A stretch of DNA of 64,000 bases from a virus. This document shows positions 1-7,762 of the stretch, one piece after another. The stretch lies in IMG/VR virus record IMGVR_UViG_3300013126_000014, positions 32,001 to 96,000 of that record; one strand, given 5' to 3'. Made by a program: the position numbers and the translations under genes. How positions within the stretch are numbered: position 1 is the first letter of the stretch; every line of letters starts with the position of its first letter. The notes below the pieces were generated by a model. That model saw nothing but the letters and a program-made list of their open reading frames with translations. It did not search any database and was not told where the DNA came from.

Positions 1-449
1 CCGCCACTCATCCAAGCATTTGAAAGATGTTCCCCTAGAGCACCACCACCGCCACCGCCGGCGATGTAGCTATTATTGGTTATACTAACTGGGTAACTAA
101 GACTTACAGCTGGACCCCCAGCTTCACCGCCTATACCTGTGCCGTCACCGCGATTGCCGCCACCTTTGCCACCCATACCTATAATATATCCATTATTGAT
201 AATACTAACTGTATCTCCGCTAGCAAAACTAGTTACTGTAAGAGCTGGTGTAGCAGTTGATGTTGAGTAGACATATACTCCGCTGTTAATTACCAAGGTA
301 ACGTCAGTGCTACCGGTGATGTATCCAGGTATTTGATTTGGGGTAAAAGAATAATTTGTGGTATTTGCGCTTAAGGTAACTGTGATACCACCAATTTTAC
401 GTCTACTGCTATGAGCACCAGCAGCCATCATTGCGGTAACGCCGGTCAT
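1..449 (-). CDS. Glycine-rich tail-fibre tip adhesin, gp38-like (runs off the window; not in the ORF track)
   Basis: ATG at 449-447 overlaps the TAA of the fibre gene (TAATG). Translation MTGVTAMMAAG...TLVINSGVYVYSTSTATPALTV...IINNGYIIGMGGKGGG...YIAGGGGGGG has polyglycine blocks like T2/T6 gp38 adhesins. Confidence 0.65.
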   Translation of the reverse strand, partial: MTGVTAMMAAGAHSSRRKIGGITVTLSANTTNYSFTPNQIPGYITGSTDVTLVINSGVYVYSTSTATPALTVTSFASGDTVSIINNGYIIGMGGKGGGNRGDGTGIGGEAGGPAVSLSYPVSITNNSYIAGGGGGGALGEHLSNAWMSG

Positions 450-3400
450 TATACTACCCCTGTACCGTTAATGAACCACTCGTTTGTAGCTGTTTTAATT
501 AAGGTGGCCATCCCGTAGGCTGTGATAGTTCTATTGCTGGCGGTAACATTACCTGCTAGGTACATAGACACTTCTGCTTGAGTATTTGCTGTGATATTTC
601 CTGTAGTTTTGTTTACAATAACAATAGTAGTTCCTACTGGAAACGCTACGTTAGCATTACTTGGTACTTGATACCAATATGTACCTGCTGAGCTAAGATA
701 AAAATGTTTACCGCTGTCTGTTAATGCTAGGGTAACATTAGAAGTTGTTAACTGTGGTAATTCTTTAAAGCCAATACTTACACCATCTATACTTGGTGTA
801 CCAGTAAATACCGGACTAGCCAGGGGTGCTTTGTTGTTTTCTAAATTCTCTATCGCTGACTGAACTGTTAATCCTACAGCGTTAACATTACCTACGTTAC
901 TTGCGTAGGTTAAATTGGCATAGTTATTGAATGAACTAAATGCATCGATTTCTGTGAACACTGTGTCGCCTGTGGTTACATTAGCACTCAATGTGTAACT
1001 TACATTACTTGTTTCTGTGTAGGCACTCGGAAACTGTCTAACACCGTTGACAAAAACACGTAGTTGTCCTGTACCAGGTGTATATTCAATACCGTCTAAG
1101 GTAATAACTGTAGTATTACCAGATATAACATTTGCCTGGCGCAAAGTAGTTAACTCTTGGCCTACTGTTGCTCCACCGCCACCGCTTTCGCTAGCCCAGT
1201 AATATGTTCCAGGGCCTGACGTTTTTAATACATAACCACTCTGTTCACCGCTAGGTAATAGGTTATTAAGTGCATCTGCATTTGTAGTGGCTCCAGTACC
1301 ACCTTCTGTAATTTCAAGAGGGTTTTGTATTTTAACATAACCAGAAAATACTGGACTAGCTAGAGGTGCTTTAGTTGTTTCTAATGTATCGATCGCCGAC
1401 TGAACTGTTAAGCCGCTAGCTGAAATATTACCAATATTACTTGCATAGGTCAAGTTGGCATAATTGTTAAAAGAACTAAATGCGTCAATTTCAGCAAATA
1501 CTGCTGTACCTTCATTGACGCCTTGACTCAACGTATAACTTGTGCTATCGGTTTCTGTGTAAGCATCCGGATGTTGGCGCACACCATTTATATAAACTCT
1601 TAATTGTCCGGTTCCCGGTGTGTAACTAATATCTGCTAACCCAAATACTGTTTGTCCTGCAGTAGCAGTGTTAGATTGACGTAAAGTAGTTAGCTGTTGC
1701 CCAACAGTGGCTCCACCGCCGCCACTACCTGCTGCCCAATAATACGTACCTGCGCCACCTGTAGTTAGTACATAGCCGGTTTGCTCACCGCTAGGTAATA
1801 GGTTATTAAGTGCATCTGCATTTGTAGTGGCTCCAGTACCGCCTTGGTTTATTTCCAATGTTCCAGTTAAATTAGTTACGGCAAGATTTCCGTTTAATAT
1901 TCCAGTGGTTGTAATGTTACCATCGATGACTAATCCAGTTGCGCTAAATGATGCTACATTGGTTCCTGCGATAGCAACATTTATATGGTTACTTGATACC
2001 TTAACATTGTTCCCATTGTCAAATAATATTGACGGGTCTACGTCACTGCTTAAACTTATCGGACTGCCGCCACTAGGGGTAAAATTTAGCTCTCCGTTGA
2101 TTGCGCTAATAGTTGCGCCACCAAGATTAATAGTGTTACCACTTAGATACAGATCTCTCCACCTTAACGAATCACTACCGATGTCATATATGACGTTTGC
2201 GCTCGGCAGTAGATTTCCTGTTATGTTAACATTGGCTAGATCTAATCCAACATAAGTTGCACCGTAGGCTAAAGATGCTACGGTAACTGTACTTGATCCT
2301 ATGTGGCGAACTTCAATTACATCTGTCGCAGACGGAATTTCTGTAAATGCGATTTGGTTGCCAACAACACTATATGCTGTCAACGGTTGTTGCATAGTAC
2401 CATTGATACTTACCAACACACCATCAGTCGTTGCATTAGATGTTAGTGTAAAGACGTTACTTGATCCGTCTGGAGAAATGATCTCAGATGTTACTGTAGC
2501 TGCACCTGGGACTACCCAGGTATTTCCATCATATACTTCAATTACATTACTGTCTGTGTTAAATCGGAAGTATCCGGGTTCTGCTATAGTTGGGCGAGAT
2601 GCTACATTACCTGCCGGGATGCCTAGTGCATCCGATCCTGCAATTTGAACTATTCCTGCATTCTGAGCATCTATTACAATATTGCCATCTGAGGATATAG
2701 TTCTATCAGCGATAGTTAAATTTCCAATGACAACTGACGTATTAAAACTTGTTGTTGAACCAGTGATGTTAGCAACAATATTACCGTCAACGGTTATGTC
2801 AATTTGCCCCAAAGATCCAGTATCTACTATCTCAATCTTGCTGTCGCCTGCTGTCAAAACATTAGCTGCTGATGTTAACTGTGTAGTTAGGTAGCTAAGA
2901 GTTACAACGTCTTGATTACTTACAGGGTCTGCAACATCAGAGATAACACTATTATTAGCAAGTATATACCCCGAATCAGGTGCTATTGTTATGTTACCTA
3001 CCGTTGAAATTGTAGTATCCATTACGCTAACATTGCCAATTTGGGTTAAGGCTACGTTGCTAATATTAATAATACGCCCTTTACTGTCTACAGTAATTTT
3101 TGGCACTCGATCAACATATTCGTCGTCGGCAGCACCATATATACCTGCAACCACCCCAGTATCTGCTAGCGTAATTGCTATATTAGCATATGTTCCACTA
3201 CCGGTGGCATCACCGGTTACTACTAAATTAGTGTTCGAAGTTAGTACTCGATACCCGCCATCGTAAATTTCATCGGCGTATATAACACCACCAGTGGTGT
3301 TACCGGTGATAGTTATATTTCCGCCAATGGTAATACTATCTACAGTGATATTACCAAGATTGCTGATATACGGTTGATCAGTAGTTTGAATGGTCCCGTA

Positions 3401-3979
3401 CACGTCAGTTGATTCGATTACATCGGTAACCACTGCACTAGCAGATACGTTACCTAAAGTTGTTAGACTATCTACTTGGATATTTGCCAAATTAGCAATA
3501 TAAGGCTGATCTGCAGTTACAATAGTTGCCGATACTGTATTTGCTATAATATCATCAACAGTTAAATTTCCTGTGATTCCTATCGTGCCGCTAGTGGTAA
3601 TGTTTCCTGCTACAATATTACCAAGAACAGTTAAAGAAGTTAAATCACCAACCGAGGTGATATTTGGCTGTGCTGTAGTTTGTAAAGTACCGTATAAGTA
3701 AGAACTCTGCAGAGTGTTTGCATATACTGTTCTATACCAATTAGTAGTATCACCTATATCAGAACTAACATTTGCCCAGGAAAGTACGCTGCCATTGGCA
3801 ACTAATACATTGCCGTTTACTTCTAATGATTGATTTGGAGTATTTGTGTTGATACCAAACCGGAAATTAGCAAAGTCCATATAGACCAATGCATTTCCCA
3901 AAGTGGTGAATTGGAGATCTACGCCTTCACGATCAAGGTTTGAAACTAACGATGCTCCAAGGATACGACTAATTGCCAT
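449..3979 (-). CDS. Long tail fibre / virion fibre protein (1176 aa)
   Basis: T/S/G/N/V-rich with fibre motifs (RFNTD..IEVYDG, LPSANVIYDIGSDSLRWRDLYLSG, GGTGATT) and an internal 180-aa duplication; AGGAG SD and TAAATA upstream. Confidence 0.8.
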   Translation of the reverse strand: MAISRILGASLVSNLDREGVDLQFTTLGNALVYMDFANFRFGINTNTPNQSLEVNGNVLVANGSVLSWANVSSDIGDTTNWYRTVYANTLQSSYLYGTLQTTAQPNITSVGDLTSLTVLGNIVAGNITTSGTIGITGNLTVDDIIANTVSATIVTADQPYIANLANIQVDSLTTLGNVSASAVVTDVIESTDVYGTIQTTDQPYISNLGNITVDSITIGGNITITGNTTGGVIYADEIYDGGYRVLTSNTNLVVTGDATGSGTYANIAITLADTGVVAGIYGAADDEYVDRVPKITVDSKGRIINISNVALTQIGNVSVMDTTISTVGNITIAPDSGYILANNSVISDVADPVSNQDVVTLSYLTTQLTSAANVLTAGDSKIEIVDTGSLGQIDITVDGNIVANITGSTTSFNTSVVIGNLTIADRTISSDGNIVIDAQNAGIVQIAGSDALGIPAGNVASRPTIAEPGYFRFNTDSNVIEVYDGNTWVVPGAATVTSEIISPDGSSNVFTLTSNATTDGVLVSINGTMQQPLTAYSVVGNQIAFTEIPSATDVIEVRHIGSSTVTVASLAYGATYVGLDLANVNITGNLLPSANVIYDIGSDSLRWRDLYLSGNTINLGGATISAINGELNFTPSGGSPISLSSDVDPSILFDNGNNVKVSSNHINVAIAGTNVASFSATGLVIDGNITTTGILNGNLAVTNLTGTLEINQGGTGATTNADALNNLLPSGEQTGYVLTTGGAGTYYWAAGSGGGGATVGQQLTTLRQSNTATAGQTVFGLADISYTPGTGQLRVYINGVRQHPDAYTETDSTSYTLSQGVNEGTAVFAEIDAFSSFNNYANLTYASNIGNISASGLTVQSAIDTLETTKAPLASPVFSGYVKIQNPLEITEGGTGATTNADALNNLLPSGEQSGYVLKTSGPGTYYWASESGGGGATVGQELTTLRQANVISGNTTVITLDGIEYTPGTGQLRVFVNGVRQFPSAYTETSNVSYTLSANVTTGDTVFTEIDAFSSFNNYANLTYASNVGNVNAVGLTVQSAIENLENNKAPLASPVFTGTPSIDGVSIGFKELPQLTTSNVTLALTDSGKHFYLSSAGTYWYQVPSNANVAFPVGTTIVIVNKTTGNITANTQAEVSMYLAGNVTASNRTITAYGMATLIKTATNEWFINGTGVV
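801..1860 (-). repeat. Tandem duplication with 540-nt (180-aa) period inside the fibre gene
   Basis: 801-1320 aligns with 1341-1860; 1245-1300 and 1785-1840 are identical over 56 nt. Confidence 0.9.
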
Positions 3980-4015
3980 CTAAAAACTCCTATTGTAGTA
4001 TTTAGCTGGATTAAA

Positions 4016-4438
4016 TTAAGCTGCCGAAGTGCTTGGATAATTATGTAATATATAAATTGGCGCAGAAGATGTTGGCGTACTAGTAAATCTAATACTAGTA
4101 TTCCCAAAAAACTCAAAGCCAACACCTGGGTTTTGTATAACGTTGTTAACTACTGCAATGACCTGTGCTTCATCACCGGCGCCATAACTATACGTCATTG
4201 GACCAAACATTTGATTTGTGTTGTCGCCAGTAAAACTATCTTTAACAATAGTAACATTGCCTTTATGCGCTACTTGTTTCCAATTTGATCCGTTATAAAA
4301 TTCTAAGGCTGTTGTAGTGGTATTCCATCGAGTTTGTCCAACAACTGGACTATCAGGACCCACAGAGCTCGACCCCACCGGAACTCCTAATGCATAACTG
4401 CCTGTTTTAAATTCAGTATTCTTAAGCATTCGGCCCAT
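4016..4438 (-). CDS. Virion/fibre-associated protein
   Basis: 140-aa ORF with the fibre-type motif GQTRWNTTTTALEFYNGSNW, inside the late operon. Confidence 0.6.
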   Translation of the reverse strand: MGRMLKNTEFKTGSYALGVPVGSSSVGPDSPVVGQTRWNTTTTALEFYNGSNWKQVAHKGNVTIVKDSFTGDNTNQMFGPMTYSYGAGDEAQVIAVVNNVIQNPGVGFEFFGNTSIRFTSTPTSSAPIYILHNYPSTSAA

Positions 4439-4439
4439 G

Positions 4440-4742
4440 TTAAATTCCTACGTAGCTCACTGTTGCTGTGATGTTTCCTGTTGCGTTAGCCTGAAGAGTT
4501 TCTTCGTTAGCTAACACAATTTTTTCCATGTCAACTACAAAGGTATCACTACCTGCAATTTTAACATTTTTATATATTTGATTTGTTGCGCCCGCAGTTC
4601 CACCTGCTTGCACTGCCCATAAATTTAAATCAACCGCAGTACCATCTGTATTACAAAAATATATAACACTAACTACCGAATTACCAGAGCTAGCATATAC
4701 ATTAGAGATTGTAGATGTAAGAGAAGTGTTAAGTAATGCCAT
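4440..4742 (-). CDS. Small virion structural protein (hypothetical)
   Basis: 100-aa beta-rich ORF, AGGA SD, tightly packed in the operon. Confidence 0.6.
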   Translation of the reverse strand: MALLNTSLTSTISNVYASSGNSVVSVIYFCNTDGTAVDLNLWAVQAGGTAGATNQIYKNVKIAGSDTFVVDMEKIVLANEETLQANATGNITATVSYVGI

Positions 4743-4750
4743 ACTTATTC

Positions 4751-5359
4751 CTATAATATTAATGAAAACCCAAATGATCGAGTTTTTGTAACTAATTCTT
4801 GATTGGCTGCTAGGCCGTTTACAACATAAACTCCGCTAGTGCCAGCGGCTGGGCTGCTTGCATATACTACTGTAGCGTTTGCAACCGCAGTTGGAATCGC
4901 CGGAGTTTCATTCAATTGTATATTGCCATCAAATTTTACATTACCAACATTTGAATATATAGTATACTGATTGGTATTTAAATTTGCGCCTAATGTAGGG
5001 TTCGCATCGTCTATTAGAGCAATAGTACCAGTACTCGATGTTAGTAAATTTCCAAATGTTGTACCATCTGTGGTTACTTGCCACAAGTCTAATTCTTCAT
5101 TCCAAATAAATGAAACTGCTGCAAGATTTCCTCTATCTATTGCAATGCCTGCAAATCCTAAAGTAACACCCGAACCGGTTTCGCCCACATTTAATCTGAG
5201 TAGATTGTCTTCAATCTCAGTATTAGTAGTTGATATAGTTGTAGTTGCACCTTGTACTACAAGATTACCTGTGACAAAAACTTCGCTACTGTCAAGCGTA
5301 ATATCATTACTTGCAGCCTGTATAGTGTAATTAGAATTTAGTCGTTTAACTATTGCCAT
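4751..5359 (-). CDS. Virion structural protein (hypothetical)
   Basis: 202 aa with GNLVVQGATTTISTTNTEIEDN fibre-type motif; TAAATA at 5384-5379; ends in TAG. Confidence 0.6.
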   Translation of the reverse strand: MAIVKRLNSNYTIQAASNDITLDSSEVFVTGNLVVQGATTTISTTNTEIEDNLLRLNVGETGSGVTLGFAGIAIDRGNLAAVSFIWNEELDLWQVTTDGTTFGNLLTSSTGTIALIDDANPTLGANLNTNQYTIYSNVGNVKFDGNIQLNETPAIPTAVANATVVYASSPAAGTSGVYVVNGLAANQELVTKTRSFGFSLIL

Positions 5360-5403
5360 TATTTGATCCAGTTTACATTATTTATCATCAACGCTACAGA
5401 TAA

Positions 5404-5431
5404 AAAAATAGCACCCGCAGGTGCTATTTTT
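5404..5431 (-). terminator. Intrinsic terminator (symmetrical)
   Basis: AAAAATAGCACC-cgca-GGTGCTATTTTT just downstream of gene 5443..6099. Confidence 0.85.
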
Positions 5432-5442
5432 ATGAGAGTAAA

Positions 5443-6099
5443 TTAGTTGTTACTAATAACTACACTTACATCTTCTTCAGCAGTATCTAATGTCCAAACA
5501 ACGTGTTGGTCTTCAACGAATTGAGTACCCGTTGCAGGCAATAGGCATGCTGTACGGCTTTCTAGTTTCTTAACATAGTAAGTACCGCCATCACTATCTG
5601 TTGCTGTCATACGGCACTCACCTGCTGCGGGCGAACTAGTTACTAATTTAACTTTACCTGTGCCTTGTGCATTTTGAACTTTGTAACGACGTGCACCTAC
5701 TTGTTTAACAATATCACTAGCTACTGCACTTGAACCACCGTCATCAGCTGACAAGTATGCTGAAACTGTAATAGCGTCTTGTACGCTTGATGTTAGTGTA
5801 ATGTTTGCCACGATAGCCGGACTTGCGTTGGCACCAGTAACTGTCGCTGTAGGTGCAGACGTATAGCCAGAACCCGCAGATGTAATTACTACTGCTGTTA
5901 CATTACCACTACCATCTAATGTTAATGTACCCGTTGCTGTTGAACCACCTGTAATTTGTGGTGCAGTAAATGTAACAGCAGCATTAGCTGAATAGTACCC
6001 TTCACCCGCAACGTAAACGTTAGCAGTTGATACACCTTCACCGCCTACACCGTCGGTGTTACGATTACCAAAATAAACTGATTTAATTGGACGTCCCAT
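5443..6099 (-). CDS. Virion structural protein (monocistronic late gene)
   Basis: 218 aa with the AGSGYTSAPTATVTG motif common in myophage structural proteins; AAGGAG SD; own TAAATA promoter and terminator. Confidence 0.65.
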   Translation of the reverse strand: MGRPIKSVYFGNRNTDGVGGEGVSTANVYVAGEGYYSANAAVTFTAPQITGGSTATGTLTLDGSGNVTAVVITSAGSGYTSAPTATVTGANASPAIVANITLTSSVQDAITVSAYLSADDGGSSAVASDIVKQVGARRYKVQNAQGTGKVKLVTSSPAAGECRMTATDSDGGTYYVKKLESRTACLLPATGTQFVEDQHVVWTLDTAEEDVSVVISNN

Positions 6100-6124
6100 T
6101 TGTTTTCTCCTTATATAATTGTTC

Positions 6125-6170
6125 TACAATCTACGCGGTGGGTGCCGCATAAACCCTTGCGGGCATTGTA
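6125..6170 (-). promoter_or_regulatory. Structured 5' leader (three-way junction)
   Basis: Minus strand: UACAAU [GCCC-GCAA-GGGU] U [UAUGCGG-caccca-CCGCGUA] G AUUGUA, between the late promoter and the SD. Confidence 0.6.
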
Positions 6171-6183
6171 TATACATGTTTAT

Positions 6184-6675
6184 TTATCTTAATTTGTTAG
6201 GTTTACCTTTATGTGTTTCTGCATGTCTTTTGTACCACAAGGCTGATTTTGGTTTACACATACTGTCAAACGTTTTTCCTTTTAACTTTTTTCTAATTTT
6301 TTCTTTAGTTTCTTCGCTTGTGGTTCTACCTTTACGTGCTTGTGCAATTTTTTGTCTTGTTTCGGCAGAGCGTGTTATCCCTGCTACTCCTCCGCTATTA
6401 ATTCCATTTTCAATTACTAAATTTGTCCATTCTGCAGATTCTACTATATTGTATTCTTTTGAAAATTTAATAGCATATTCAGATAGTAGTTTCTCATCTT
6501 CAAATACTTGAAACCACTCAGTGGTAACATCATTACCGTGTTGTTTTAAATGGTTAAGCCAATATCGACCAGAACCTTTATATTTTAAAGGATCGCGTAT
6601 TGTTTTACCAAAGTATTTTAGCCCTGTTATATTATGTTTTTTAATGTACAGATATGTAGGTTTATAAATAGACAT
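6184..6675 (-). CDS. Free-standing GIY-YIG (Seg-like) homing endonuclease with NUMOD3-type repeats
   Basis: YLYIKKHNITGLKYFGKT...YKGSG N-terminus; SAETRQKIAQARKG and SEETKEKIRKKLKG repeats. Confidence 0.8.
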   Translation of the reverse strand: MSIYKPTYLYIKKHNITGLKYFGKTIRDPLKYKGSGRYWLNHLKQHGNDVTTEWFQVFEDEKLLSEYAIKFSKEYNIVESAEWTNLVIENGINSGGVAGITRSAETRQKIAQARKGRTTSEETKEKIRKKLKGKTFDSMCKPKSALWYKRHAETHKGKPNKLR

Positions 6676-6676
6676 G

Positions 6677-6741
6677 CTGACATAGTTCCTTTATGTTAGA
6701 GTAGTTGGATGTTGACGCATCGCGAACTACACTTATATTTA
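6677..6741 (-). promoter_or_regulatory. Late promoter plus two-hairpin leader enclosing the SD of the endonuclease
   Basis: TAAATA-taagt-GTAGTT.GATG-cgtcaa-CATC.AACTAC-t-CTAACATA-aaggaac-TATGTCAG-c-ATG. Confidence 0.65.
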
Positions 6742-6751
6742 TCAAAAATCA

Positions 6752-6780
6752 TTGACAATGTATATATAATGCTGTATATT
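6752..6780 (+). promoter_or_regulatory. Sigma70-type promoter for the tRNA pair
   Basis: TTGACA(6752)-17 nt-TATATT(6775), 8 nt before the tRNA 5' end. Confidence 0.75.
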
Positions 6781-6788
6781 ATAATCAT

Positions 6789-6862
6789 GCGCTTATAGTT
6801 TAATGGCAAAACAAGAGGCTCTAACCCTCTACTTCTGAGTTCAATCCTCAGTAAGCGCACCA
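6789..6862 (+). tRNA. Amber suppressor tRNA, anticodon CUA
   Basis: Perfect cloverleaf: acceptor GCGCTTA/TAAGCGC, D stem GTTT/AAAC, anticodon stem AGAGG/CCTCT with loop CT-CTA-AC (6821-6823), T arm CTGAG-TTCAATC-CTCAG, discriminator A, encoded CCA. Confidence 0.93.
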
Positions 6863-6865
6863 AGT

Positions 6866-6941
6866 GAGCGTGTAGCAGAGTGTCACATGCGTTAGGCCGC
6901 AAGCCTAAAGAGGAAGGGTTAAAATCCATCTGCGCTCTCCA
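6866..6941 (+). tRNA. Atypical tRNA-Cys(GCA)
   Basis: Acceptor GAGCGTG/TGCGCTC, U73, CCA; anticodon stem TTAGG/CCTAA with loop CC-GCA-AG; C33 instead of U33 and an imperfect T stem. Confidence 0.65.
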
Positions 6942-6958
6942 CTTACAAAGAGATTAAC

Positions 6959-7762
6959 ATGGCGGCTACCTTAGGCAGAAAACAGTTATCCTATAAAGAC
7001 AGAAAAGAAATTTATAGGACTACTCCTAATGTAATAGGATCATATAATCACGGAGTTGAGTCCAAATACAAAGATTTAATCAATTCGTTATCTAGAGCAG
7101 AGTATATAGAATACGAAGCATTACTACATACCTACGGTACACAGGGCCGTAAGAGACAAGTTATGTTAGACGTTTTTATAAAAAAAGGCATCACCGGATC
7201 CTTACTTGCACTAGCAAAAATCAGAGTGGACGACTTATACCTACATCAAAAATTAGTAGCTATGTTAAGACATCGATGGACTAGTATAGCTAAGATTAGA
7301 AAAGATAAAACTAATGCCAATCCTGACCAATTATGGATGAATATAGCTCGTGCTATTCAATCTCGCTGTTTATCCCACGGGCACGAATTATGGCATGAAT
7401 GGGTAGGTGCAGACGGAAGAATTCAATTAGTTAACTATTTAAAAACACTATATGATACTCAAAACGGGCTATGTGCTATATCTCGCGAAGAATTAAAATT
7501 ACAGTCTGGAAACAAAAAAACTAATCCCAATAAATGTTCACCTGACAGAAAAAATAGCAATAAAGGATATGTTCCTGGCAATATCTGGTTAGTTACTTGG
7601 TGGGTAAATTCAATGAAAATGGATGTACCGTTAATTACGTTCTGGAAAAGAATCGATCAGTTAGCTAATGTTAGAGAACTAAACAAGCAAGGAAAAAGGT
7701 ATAAGACTTATACACTACCACTAAATACTATTTTAAAGGACAAACAAAATGTTATAGATTGA
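6959..7762 (+). CDS. Putative HNH-like (His-Me finger) endonuclease
   Basis: C-terminal LYDTQNGLCAIS...CSPDRKNSNKGYVPGNIWLVTWWVNSMK resembles the phage DR.DS..GY..GN...VN..K nuclease motif; basic N-terminus. Confidence 0.6.
   Translation: MAATLGRKQLSYKDRKEIYRTTPNVIGSYNHGVESKYKDLINSLSRAEYIEYEALLHTYGTQGRKRQVMLDVFIKKGITGSLLALAKIRVDDLYLHQKLVAMLRHRWTSIAKIRKDKTNANPDQLWMNIARAIQSRCLSHGHELWHEWVGADGRIQLVNYLKTLYDTQNGLCAISREELKLQSGNKKTNPNKCSPDRKNSNKGYVPGNIWLVTWWVNSMKMDVPLITFWKRIDQLANVRELNKQGKRYKTYTLPLNTILKDKQNVID

Noticed and set aside
801-1860. Diversity-generating retroelement template/variable repeat pair
   Set aside because: Both copies are coding within one ORF, the differences are not adenine-specific, and there is no reverse transcriptase in the window.
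1827-3266. Plus-strand ORFs 1827, 2301, 2682, 2991 and the many similar antisense ORFs elsewhere in the track
   Set aside because: They are shadows of real genes on the opposite strand, with no SD and no recognisable motifs.
6119-6511. 130-aa hydrophobic plus-strand ORF
   Set aside because: It is the antisense of a Lys-rich endonuclease gene, which explains its Phe/Leu richness.
6696-6929. 77-aa minus-strand ORF
   Set aside because: It is antisense to the two tRNAs and their promoter.
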